A stretch of DNA of 37,130 nt from Fidelibacterota bacterium (GTDB lineage Bacteria; Fidelibacterota; Fidelibacteria; Fidelibacterales; DSDE01), in assembly GCA_046735395.1 (NCBI GenBank), contig JBJKQR010000064.1, forward strand, positions 1 through 37,130, given 5' to 3'. Positions 8,957 through 17,255 of this stretch are shown piece after piece (the first letter of the stretch is position 1; the number at the start of each line of letters is the position of its first letter). The notes beneath the pieces are model-generated. The model was not told where the DNA came from and searched no databases. It saw nothing but the letters and a program-made list of their open reading frames with translations. The position numbers and the translations under genes were made by a program.

Positions 8957-9841
8957 TTAGGTCAGGTAATCCATTATGTTCAGGTTGATGGCAGTAGATG
9001 TGGTCTGCAGGGCAGCCTTATAGGCCATTTCCTCGATTCCATACTGGGCGATGGCTTCCGCCATGTCCGTATCATTGGTCTGGGAAATATAGGATGACAG
9101 GTTGGTATTCGCCGTTTCCAGCCGAACCCGGGTCATATCGGCCTGATTTTTATTCGCACTCACGTGGGCCTGTGTCGATAAAAGTCTGGTCGACGTGTTA
9201 TTCAGGTCTGTAATGGCCTGATTTATGGCTGTCGTGTCATTACTGTTCAGCGCATCGCGCAGAGCCTTGATATTTTCGAAAACGCCGGAATCCTGTATTT
9301 CATCTCCGGCCACATTGATGGTCATATCATAATTTTCATAAATCCGGCGGGAAATGGCTTCCGAATTCCCCTGATAACTCACATTTTTTGCCGCATCCAC
9401 AGCAAAGGGAATATCCTTTGTCGTATCCGTACCGCCGAATATATATTTATTCTGATATGTCGAATTTCCCAGCGCGATGGCGGAGTCGAGGATGGCATCC
9501 ACCTCTCCCCCCAGAATAGACCGCTCATTGGGGCCGTTCGTATCATCGGCGCCCTGTATGGCCCGATCCCTGGCATCCACCGTCAGTTCATAAATCTGAT
9601 TGATAATATTTTCCGATGATTCCATCCATCCATTCCCATCCACAATATTATCAATATACTGCTGATTATCGTTCATAGTATTCTGATATTTGACCGAACG
9701 GGTGAAATTAACCGGATCGTCCGACGGTTTGTCCAATTTTTTCCCGGTGGAAATCTGGTTCTGAATCGAACTTAAATTTTCCTTGGAGTCATTCATACTT
9801 TTTATGACGCTCCGGTTGATCATCGACTGCGTAACTCTCAT
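8957..9841 (-). CDS. flgL: Hook-filament junction protein FlgL
   Basis: MRVTQSM, ISTGKKLDKPSDDP and C-terminal AYKAAL...NIMDYL. Confidence 0.96.
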   Translation of the reverse strand: MRVTQSMINRSVIKSMNDSKENLSSIQNQISTGKKLDKPSDDPVNFTRSVKYQNTMNDNQQYIDNIVDGNGWMESSENIINQIYELTVDARDRAIQGADDTNGPNERSILGGEVDAILDSAIALGNSTYQNKYIFGGTDTTKDIPFAVDAAKNVSYQGNSEAISRRIYENYDMTINVAGDEIQDSGVFENIKALRDALNSNDTTAINQAITDLNNTSTRLLSTQAHVSANKNQADMTRVRLETANTNLSSYISQTNDTDMAEAIAQYGIEEMAYKAALQTTSTAINLNIMDYLT

Positions 9842-9851
9842 GATTAACTCC

Positions 9852-11216
9852 TTAGACCATATTCATCAGAATATCCATCAGATCCCTGGACGTGGTGACG
9901 AGCCGGGCGGCGGCCTGATAGGACTGCTGATATTTGATAAGGTTGGTCATTTCTTCATCATTGGAAACACCGGACACACTATCCTGCTGATTTTTCAGGT
10001 TCGTCATGACTTTTTCCTGTGAAGTAAGCAGAAAATTATTTTCCTGAACCCGGTTTCCCACATCGGTGATGATTCCGCTGTAATAATTATCGAGGGTCAT
10101 TCCGTCCATAAAGGTATCACTTTTCAGGTCGGCGATTTTCTGAGCCAGATTTCCGTTCCCGGCCTCACCGCTGGTGTCTGACGCCGCGACCAGTGTCGAA
10201 TCCAGGGTCAGAGCCTGGCTGACGCGCATATTGCCCGCACTGGTCACCGTGGGATCGAAAAAATCCACGCCGGTGACGCCATCCAGATTATAGCCGGTCC
10301 GGTGAACCTGATTCACTTCCTGGGTCACATTGATGGCCATGGCATCGACCTGAGCCACGTAATCCGGAATAATTTCCGAATTGAGCTGAACAAGGCTTCC
10401 CAGCTCGCCCTTCAGCAGTTCCGGCTGGACGGTTCCCTTTTCCACCTGAACCGTCGATGTAATGAATCCATCCTGGATATCCGTTTCAACACTCAGAGTA
10501 TTTTTGAATGAAGGCGAAAGGAGAACCACGCCCCCGGAGGTGATATTGACGGCGCCATTATCCACAAGCGTTACATCCGCATTCACCATCTGGGTAAGTT
10601 TATTCAGAAGCATATCCCGTTCATCCAGCAGGTCCTCGTGTGTACCCACCCGGATATTCCGCAGCATCCCGTTGATCTTGTCCAGCTGCCCCAGAACATT
10701 GTTGATCTCATCCACTTTCCCTTCAATATCCAGGCTGATCTGGTTCTGAAGGGATTTCAGATCGGAGTGTACCCGTGTGAAGGCCGAGGCCAGGTTCTGT
10801 CCCTTGTCAACCAGGATATTCCGGTCAGCAAGGTTTTCCGGATCCACGGCAAGATCATTCCAGGCAGACCAGAACTGGCTGAGCATATTATTGAGGGACG
10901 CTTCGTTCGGTTCACCGAATATATCTTCGATCTGGGGCAGAATGAGACTGTCAGTCTGGTATTTCCCCAGATTCTGATTTTCCTGAAGGATTTTGGCATC
11001 CACGAACTGCTCGCGAATACGGGAAACCGTGGCCTCACCATACTGGAGATTGAGGCCGATGGAGCCGGTTTCCTGCTGATATCCCGTAAAATCTATCCGA
11101 CGGCGTTTGTAGCCTTCCGTATTGACATTGGAAATATTTTTTGCAGTGGAGGCAATCGCGGAATTGCTGTTGTCCATCGCAATTTTGGAAATATTCAGAA
11201 TATCACTGCCAGACAT
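9852..11216 (-). CDS. flgK: Hook-associated protein FlgK
   Basis: NISNVNTEGYKR, DLLDERD and SVSGVSNDEEMTNLIKYQQSYQAAAR. Confidence 0.97.
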   Translation of the reverse strand: MSGSDILNISKIAMDNSNSAIASTAKNISNVNTEGYKRRRIDFTGYQQETGSIGLNLQYGEATVSRIREQFVDAKILQENQNLGKYQTDSLILPQIEDIFGEPNEASLNNMLSQFWSAWNDLAVDPENLADRNILVDKGQNLASAFTRVHSDLKSLQNQISLDIEGKVDEINNVLGQLDKINGMLRNIRVGTHEDLLDERDMLLNKLTQMVNADVTLVDNGAVNITSGGVVLLSPSFKNTLSVETDIQDGFITSTVQVEKGTVQPELLKGELGSLVQLNSEIIPDYVAQVDAMAINVTQEVNQVHRTGYNLDGVTGVDFFDPTVTSAGNMRVSQALTLDSTLVAASDTSGEAGNGNLAQKIADLKSDTFMDGMTLDNYYSGIITDVGNRVQENNFLLTSQEKVMTNLKNQQDSVSGVSNDEEMTNLIKYQQSYQAAARLVTTSRDLMDILMNMV

Positions 11217-11223
11217 AAGCGCC

Positions 11224-11736
11224 CTAAATTTTCACATTAAAAATGGTTGATTCAGCCGTCGATTTCTGCAGGGTTCCGGTCAGAGTGTAGACCGGAGCTT
11301 CATTTTTCCTGAATCCCATGATGGTGCCGACCAGCTCATGGATGGAAAAAATGGCAAATTCGAGCAATTTGGCATTTTCGCGGTTGATCTGCTGAATCGT
11401 TTCCAGTTCCTTCTTCATATCATCACGGAGAACCGTAAGCACGTCCTCCTCACCATTGTCAATTTTAGCTATCAGTTTCGTAAGCGTGATGCGCTTATCG
11501 CGAAGTCCCAGAAGATGTCCCAGGTCAAGGGAGAGCGTATCCCGGACGCCGGCCAGGAGAGCAATTTCCTCCAGCAGATCCTGTTCCAGAATCATCGTAT
11601 CCTGCAGATCACCGAGATTATTTGCAATAATGGTTTTCTGTTTCTGACGAAGAATAGACGCCAGTTCGCGGTACATCTTCAGCTCTTCCGCGAGTTTTTC
11701 GGAAAGCTGTCTGATGAGGATATCCGGCCCGGCCAT
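11224..11736 (-). CDS. flgN: Export chaperone FlgN
   Basis: Helical 170-aa protein with QINRENAKLL and C-terminal VYTLTG; immediately upstream of flgK. Confidence 0.85.
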   Translation of the reverse strand: MAGPDILIRQLSEKLAEELKMYRELASILRQKQKTIIANNLGDLQDTMILEQDLLEEIALLAGVRDTLSLDLGHLLGLRDKRITLTKLIAKIDNGEEDVLTVLRDDMKKELETIQQINRENAKLLEFAIFSIHELVGTIMGFRKNEAPVYTLTGTLQKSTAESTIFNVKI

Positions 11737-12150
11737 CTACTTGTCTCCTTCCAGCATGGTCCGATAGATCGCGTTCATATTATCCATGAAGACATTGTCA
11801 TTCCTGCCCGGAAGTTCCACACCCTCCGCGTCCTTTTCCTTCAGAGACTGGTAGAGCATGTCCGAAAGCCCCATTCCGCCCTGATCGGAAATACTGTCCG
11901 CCATCACGTTGGAAAACATCATGGAGGCCATGTTATTTTCAGATCCGCCCATGGCATCAGCCGGCAGTGTCTTTTCCATGGTCTTCAGCAGCTGGGTCAG
12001 AAACAGCGATTCCAGTTCCTTCGCCTTTTTTTTCAGCTCAATATCCCGGGCAATATCCTTATTATTCAGATCCTGAACCTTCCCGAGTTTTTCCCGGTTC
12101 GTTATTCCGGGCTGTCCGGAAGGATTTACGAGGGCAATGGGTTTATCCAT
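11737..12150 (-). CDS. flgJ: Short FlgJ (rod-binding domain only)
   Basis: LKKKAKELESLFLTQLLKTMEKT and GGMGLSDMLYQSL; no muramidase domain. ATG 12150 has a GAGGT SD (alternative GTG 12162). Confidence 0.88.
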   Translation of the reverse strand: MDKPIALVNPSGQPGITNREKLGKVQDLNNKDIARDIELKKKAKELESLFLTQLLKTMEKTLPADAMGGSENNMASMMFSNVMADSISDQGGMGLSDMLYQSLKEKDAEGVELPGRNDNVFMDNMNAIYRTMLEGDK

Positions 12151-12158
12151 GACTGACC

Positions 12159-13310
12159 TCACAGTATGATGAGTTTCGCATTAAGCGCACCCGCCTGCTT
12201 GATCGCCTGAAAAATAGCGATGACATCACGGGGACGCAGGCCCAGCTCATTCAGGCCGGCTGCCAGATCGGACACCGTGGTGGTCTTGGGAATGACGCCG
12301 GACTGGCCGGTACTTTCATCCACCGTGGTCTGGGTGACATAATTGACCACTGTATTTCCGGCATTTGAAAAGGAAGCCACCGGCTGGGAAATCACCGGTG
12401 TACGCTTTACATGAATGGTTACGGCGCCGTGGGAGATCATCACTTCATTGATGCGAACGGCTCCTCCGGCCACGATGGTACCGGTGCGCTCATTGATGAC
12501 AACCCGAGCTTCCACATCGGGAACTACCATCAGAGTCTCGATGGCGGCGATAAAAAACACAGCATCTTCCTGATTTTTCACCGTATCCGGAAATGTGAGT
12601 TCGACAGTGGCCGCATTCAGCGGTTTGGCGGGAGCCGGGGTGATGGTATCTCCCGGAGCCATGACGGAGTAAAACTGGTTGATGGCATCGGCGATTCTGC
12701 CGGCCGTCACGAAATCCGGTTCACCGAGCACGTAGCGCAGCGGTTCACCGAGATCAAAATTCTGCATATCCGGAACGGACTCCAGAACGGCTCCGTTGGG
12801 GACGCGGCCCACGACCGCATGATTTTTTCGTATCCCTTCTCCGGCCGTGGTCTCGATATTATAGCCGCCGACGGAAATGGGCCCCTGGACGGATGCAAAC
12901 TGCCGGCCGCTCTGGCCGAACAGGGGTGTCATGAGCAGCACTCCTCCCTCCAGGCTCGACGCATCACCAAGTGACGATACCGTGGCATCGAACTGGGAAC
13001 CGATACGTCCGTAGGAAGGCGTGGTGGCTGTCACCATGACGGCTGCCGCATTCCGGGTCCGCAGGTGATCCTTCGACACCGTGATCCCGAAGCGTTCCAG
13101 CATATTGGCGACAGACTGAACGGTGAAAACGGCGCCCTGGCTTCGGCTCGCCCGGTCACCCGTTCCATCCAGGCCGACAACCAGACCGTACCCGACGAGA
13201 GACTTGAGCCCACTGTTTTCCACCATGGCAATATCCTTGATCCGGACCTGGGCTTCCGCAAGGGAAAGAGTCAGAATCAGGATAAAAATACTTTTCAGAA
13301 GCGGTCTCAT
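12159..13310 (-). CDS. flgI: P-ring protein FlgI
   Basis: RIKDIA, LVGYGLVVGLDGTGD, ARVVINERTGTIV and QAIKQAGAL. Start placed at ATG 13310 (ATGA overlap with the flgH stop, signal peptide follows). Confidence 0.97.
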   Translation of the reverse strand: MRPLLKSIFILILTLSLAEAQVRIKDIAMVENSGLKSLVGYGLVVGLDGTGDRASRSQGAVFTVQSVANMLERFGITVSKDHLRTRNAAAVMVTATTPSYGRIGSQFDATVSSLGDASSLEGGVLLMTPLFGQSGRQFASVQGPISVGGYNIETTAGEGIRKNHAVVGRVPNGAVLESVPDMQNFDLGEPLRYVLGEPDFVTAGRIADAINQFYSVMAPGDTITPAPAKPLNAATVELTFPDTVKNQEDAVFFIAAIETLMVVPDVEARVVINERTGTIVAGGAVRINEVMISHGAVTIHVKRTPVISQPVASFSNAGNTVVNYVTQTTVDESTGQSGVIPKTTTVSDLAAGLNELGLRPRDVIAIFQAIKQAGALNAKLIIL

Positions 13311-13933
13311 AGCGCCCCCGTTGTAAAGATGCCGAGGAGAACCGACACACCGATGATCGACCATGCCGTGATGCGTTTGGCAAATCCGGGCCGGTGCTTT
13401 TCGATTTGATTATTTTCATCACCCTTTGAATACTGGATGCTGGCATTGGCAATTTTATAGGAATAGACCACATTATCATCTTCAATATCCCGGGAACGAA
13501 CCAGTCCCGTAATCCTCATGATATTCTTCTCGCCATTGACTTCCAGCAGACGCTGGCCTTCAATTTCAAACAATCCGTTTTCCCGGACACCGGTAATCAC
13601 GGCTGAAATTTTTCCTGTAAGTTTGTCATTCTGCTTCGTCCCCTCCGAACCGGCCTGGGACGAGGCAATGTTTGTGGAGGCGCCGAAAACAGGAAGAAAA
13701 CCGGTCAGGTTTCCGCTGATTCCCGATGATGCACCTGCATCCGTCTTGGATGAATTATCCATCTGGGATTCGCGGGTCGCATTGGCAGATTCCATGACAT
13801 AGACGGTGAGAACGTCACCGATGCCGTGAGCCTTCACATCGGAAAAGATACTGGTATTCTCGCCGATGAAGAACTGCGCCGACAACGGAACGGACAGCAG
13901 GAGACAGAGGATACCCATATTAAATTTTTTCAT
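13307..13933 (-). CDS. flgH: L-ring protein FlgH (atypical termini)
   Basis: SIFSDVKAHGIGDVLTV, NGLFEIEG and ITGLVRSRDI..N.V.S.KIANA. Confidence 0.93.
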   Translation of the reverse strand: MKKFNMGILCLLLSVPLSAQFFIGENTSIFSDVKAHGIGDVLTVYVMESANATRESQMDNSSKTDAGASSGISGNLTGFLPVFGASTNIASSQAGSEGTKQNDKLTGKISAVITGVRENGLFEIEGQRLLEVNGEKNIMRITGLVRSRDIEDDNVVYSYKIANASIQYSKGDENNQIEKHRPGFAKRITAWSIIGVSVLLGIFTTGAL

Positions 13934-13947
13934 CGTTTCACCTTGAT

Positions 13948-14646
13948 TTACAGTTGAACCTCGACCAGATCCGGGCGCACCAGAAGGCCGGTGAGTTTTT
14001 TTCCGCTCTGGTTCACGTATACACGGACATTGCTTCCCACACTGGCCTCATCCAGGACCTTCCCGTCGGCATCGATGGTGAAACCGCCGTTTTTGATCCG
14101 GATCTGAACCCTGGCCCCGTAGAGTACATCCGCCGGCTGCTTCAGCTGCGCTTTCCTCAGAATACGTCCGTCCGGAACGGGGACGGCAAAGAGCTGCCCC
14201 TCCACATCCTTCCAGTCCGTGAGCAGATCATCGTATTTCCGGTCAAGCAGCACTTTGCGAAGTTCCACATTGTCCCGGCTCACCACCGTATTGCGGGAAA
14301 CTCCCGTGGACGTGACATACACATTCCGATAAATGGAAACATCCACCGAGACGGGATATTTCCGGATAATGCGTCCGTTTCTGCTGACCCAGAGCCGCAG
14401 GGTCTGGTACCCGAGGGGAACCGTCAGACTGGATTTTTCAATCTCGAGTGTATAATTCCCGTCAGGAAGACGGCCCGTATCCGGGAAATGAGCAATGCGG
14501 AGATTGAGATCCCCGCTGTCAATATGAAAAGTTTGAGTGTAATAGGCTTTAACCGTCTCGGAAATCTCCTTCCTCGACAGTTCAGCACGTGCGGTGACGG
14601 CATAGAGGAGAGCCAGAAGCAGAGCGATGTCAAATGCGCGGCGCAT
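13948..14646 (-). CDS. flgA: P-ring chaperone FlgA
   Basis: Signal peptide, SAF-like C-terminal half with GKVLDEASVGSNVRVYVNQSGKKL; lies between flgG and flgH. Confidence 0.9.
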   Translation of the reverse strand: MRRAFDIALLLALLYAVTARAELSRKEISETVKAYYTQTFHIDSGDLNLRIAHFPDTGRLPDGNYTLEIEKSSLTVPLGYQTLRLWVSRNGRIIRKYPVSVDVSIYRNVYVTSTGVSRNTVVSRDNVELRKVLLDRKYDDLLTDWKDVEGQLFAVPVPDGRILRKAQLKQPADVLYGARVQIRIKNGGFTIDADGKVLDEASVGSNVRVYVNQSGKKLTGLLVRPDLVEVQL

Positions 14647-15434
14647 CAGCTTTTCAGATTATTGGTGATGGCCAGCAGCTCGTCAGAGGTTTTGATGGCC
14701 TTGGAATTGATTTCATAGGCTCTCTGGGCCACGATGAGATTGATCATCTCAGAGACCACGTCCACATTGGATTTTTCCAGGTAACCCTGGACAATATTAC
14801 CCACGCCGTCCTGTCCGGGAACTCCGAAAACCGGTTCACCGGAGGATTCAGTCTGTTCGTAGAGATTTCCACCCACGGATCTCAGGCCGGCCGGATTCAT
14901 GAAGGTCACCAGCTCAACCTGCCCCAGCTCCTCCGGATCCGTCTGTCCTTCCAGAGTAACTGAAATGACCCCGTCTTCGGAAACCTGAACCGCGGTGGCG
15001 TTATCCGGAACTGAAATATCCGGATAGAGAGCCATGCCGTTGGGATTCACGATCTCACCGGCGGCATTGACGCGGAAGGCGCCGTCCCGGCTGTAGGCCA
15101 TGGTTCCGTTGGATCGCATGATCTGAAAAAATCCTTTTCCGTTAATGGCGATATCGAGGGGATTTCCCGTTTCAGAAATGGCGCCCTGGGTAAAGGTGCG
15201 GAAGGTGGAAACCGGTTTGTTACCGAGGCCGATCTGGATCTCACCCGGTTTTTCGTTATCATCCCGGCCTTCAGCTGCGCCGCTCTGTACCGTTTCATAG
15301 AGCAGATCCTGAAATTCGACGGAATTCTTCTTGTAACCGGTGGTATTGATATTGGCCAGGTTGTTGGAAATGGAATCAATATTCAGCTGCTGTGCTGCCA
15401 TTCCCAATGCTGCCGTACGTAATGATCTCAACAT
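14646..15434 (-). CDS. flgG: Distal rod protein FlgG
   Basis: SNNLANINTTGYKK, FQDLLYE and LEKSNVDVVSEMINLIVAQRAYEINSK. Confidence 0.98.
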   Translation of the reverse strand: MLRSLRTAALGMAAQQLNIDSISNNLANINTTGYKKNSVEFQDLLYETVQSGAAEGRDDNEKPGEIQIGLGNKPVSTFRTFTQGAISETGNPLDIAINGKGFFQIMRSNGTMAYSRDGAFRVNAAGEIVNPNGMALYPDISVPDNATAVQVSEDGVISVTLEGQTDPEELGQVELVTFMNPAGLRSVGGNLYEQTESSGEPVFGVPGQDGVGNIVQGYLEKSNVDVVSEMINLIVAQRAYEINSKAIKTSDELLAITNNLKS

Positions 15435-15449
15435 AATTTCACCTGTAGT

Positions 15450-16163
15450 TTATCGGTAGAGGCCGACTTTGTTTGCCGCATTTCCAAAGGCGTTGTCCAG
15501 AGATCTTACGGTTCTCTGAATGCTTTCGAAATGACGGGACAGTTCAATCAGGTTCACCATTTCAGCGACCGGATCCACATTGCTTTCCTCCAGGTTTCCC
15601 TGAAAAATTTTCGGATTGAGGATTTCGGATACGCGGGTCTCCTCGCCAGCGAGAAAGGAATTGTCCTTCGCCCTTTCCAGGGTGGCAGGATTTTCGATCT
15701 GAACAACCCGCAGTGTATCGACAGGATTTTCATCGAGAAAAATCTGTCCGTCCTGAGAAACGGACACGTTTCCGGTCTGCATTCCATCCGCAGTCAGACT
15801 GATGGGGCCGCCCGAACCGAGAACAAAATTGCCTCGGGAATCAACCAGATACCCATCGGCGTCCAGAGAGAAATGTCCGTTCCGGGTGTAGGTTTCCTGT
15901 CCATTCACATCCACAACGAACATGCCGTTTCCGCTGATGGCCAGATCCAGGGGGTTCTCGGTCTTGTTGAAGGCTCCCTGCGACATATCCGACGTTTCCG
16001 CCGCCTGTATGGTGTCGTATTTATTTTCCTTCAATACATCAATGAATACCACATCCCGCTTGAAGGCCGTGGTCTTGCTGTTAGCAAGGTTGTTGCCGGC
16101 AATGTCGTTCCGGTGAACCTGTGCCGTCATCGCCTGTTTCAATCTGTTCAGTTGTATATCCAT
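15450..16163 (-). CDS. flgF: Proximal rod protein FlgF
   Basis: NNLANSKTTAFKRD, ENPLDLAISG, YTRNGHF and LEESNVDPVAEM; upstream of flgG. Confidence 0.92.
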   Translation of the reverse strand: MDIQLNRLKQAMTAQVHRNDIAGNNLANSKTTAFKRDVVFIDVLKENKYDTIQAAETSDMSQGAFNKTENPLDLAISGNGMFVVDVNGQETYTRNGHFSLDADGYLVDSRGNFVLGSGGPISLTADGMQTGNVSVSQDGQIFLDENPVDTLRVVQIENPATLERAKDNSFLAGEETRVSEILNPKIFQGNLEESNVDPVAEMVNLIELSRHFESIQRTVRSLDNAFGNAANKVGLYR

Positions 16164-16192
16164 ATCAGCCCTTCTGCTTTCGTGAGGACATG

Positions 16193-16208
16193 TGCAAAGA
16201 CATTGCCA
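16193..16208 (-). promoter_or_regulatory. Sigma54 (-24/-12) promoter of the flgF operon
   Basis: Minus strand TGGCAAT-GTCT-TTGCA with exact GG-N10-GC spacing, about 30 nt upstream of the flgF ATG, with an AT-rich spacer upstream. Confidence 0.85.
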
Positions 16209-16378
16209 AAGTTTTTATAGGCAAAGCTGGGATCCAGCTGCGGCCCGGCTCAGATTTGCTGTAATTATCACTTAAGTAATTAATTATTAATAGGATATAT
16301 GCTATTAAACGGTTTATTATATATTGTTAATTATTACTAAATATTATCAGAGGTAAAAATTGAAATTATTGAAAGAGG

Positions 16379-16415
16379 GGGAAAAAATCCCGGGCGGGGA
16401 AGAAATTTCCTCCCC
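16379..16415. promoter_or_regulatory. Palindromic elements (candidate enhancer sites or terminator)
   Basis: GGGA-AAAAA-TCCC (16379-16391) and GGGGAAGAAATTTCCTCCCC (16396-16415), about 170-205 bp upstream of the sigma54 promoter. Confidence 0.45.
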
Positions 16416-16430
16416 GGCAGCGGAATGTTC

Positions 16431-17246
16431 CTAAATTTTCAGCATCCGGGTTCCATCGAGATAGGTCTTCGATTTCACGGAATTGAGGCGCGACAGTTTT
16501 TCTGTCACTTTCTGAATGCGCTTGGCTTCCTTCACGATACCCTGGAGGCCTTCACGAATCTTTTCCTCATCGGTGCGGGCGAAGGTCAGTTCGAGAATTT
16601 CGGCCAGGCCGATGATGGATGTGAGGGGATTATTGATTTCATGATTGACGGTGACGATCAGCTCACCGATGGCAGCCAGCTTCCCCTTGTCCACCAGTTC
16701 GGACTGGGCGGCTTTCAGGGATGTGAGGGCCTTGTTGAGTTCCTCATTCTGCTCTTCCATTTCCCGGCGGAGAATAATCTGCTCCAGAACAATGGAGATC
16801 TGCGTGGAGAGCAGGGTATAATCATCTATTTGCTCACGTTTGTAAATATGTGGCTCATTATGGCCGAGATTCAGAACACCGATGAGGCGCTCGCCGGCCC
16901 AGAGCGGCATGGACACAAAGGAGGAAAAGAGATCTTCCTTTCCGGGACGGCTTTTTGTAAGGGATTCGAGAATAACCGGCTTTTTCTGTTTGGACACCCA
17001 GCTGGAAATTCCGCTGCCCCGATCGAAGGGAATCTGGGAAGCAAGGTCTGCCGGATGCTCGCCCTTCTGATGCATGATACTCAGTTTATTCGATTTTGCT
17101 TCATACAGAAAGAGCGTGGCCGAGTCAAAGGGGATGGCCTTTTCAATCAGGTTAAAAATGGATTTAAAGGTATTTTTGGCCGTCAGCCCCTGCTGAAGGA
17201 TATGAATGATGTCATTGAAAAAGTCGAGTTCAACGATTTTGGTCAT
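16431..17246 (-). CDS. GAF + HisKA (DHp) protein lacking an ATPase domain
   Basis: GAF motifs (GSGISSWV, SFVSMPL...IGVLNL), coiled coil, then KLAAIGEL...NHEINNPL H-box; ends about 60 aa later with no N/G1/F/G2 boxes. Confidence 0.88.
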   Translation of the reverse strand: MTKIVELDFFNDIIHILQQGLTAKNTFKSIFNLIEKAIPFDSATLFLYEAKSNKLSIMHQKGEHPADLASQIPFDRGSGISSWVSKQKKPVILESLTKSRPGKEDLFSSFVSMPLWAGERLIGVLNLGHNEPHIYKREQIDDYTLLSTQISIVLEQIILRREMEEQNEELNKALTSLKAAQSELVDKGKLAAIGELIVTVNHEINNPLTSIIGLAEILELTFARTDEEKIREGLQGIVKEAKRIQKVTEKLSRLNSVKSKTYLDGTRMLKI

Positions 17247-17255
17247 GCTGTCCGC

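Noticed and set aside
13311..13364. Extended flgI start at 13364
   Set aside because: It lies inside flgH; ATG 13310 gives an ATGA overlap and a normal signal peptide
261..16350. ATTATCAG recurring in three intergenic regions (261, 8079, 16343)
   Set aside because: It is a short AT-rich word in AT-rich DNA at inconsistent distances from starts, so it cannot be distinguished from chance by eye
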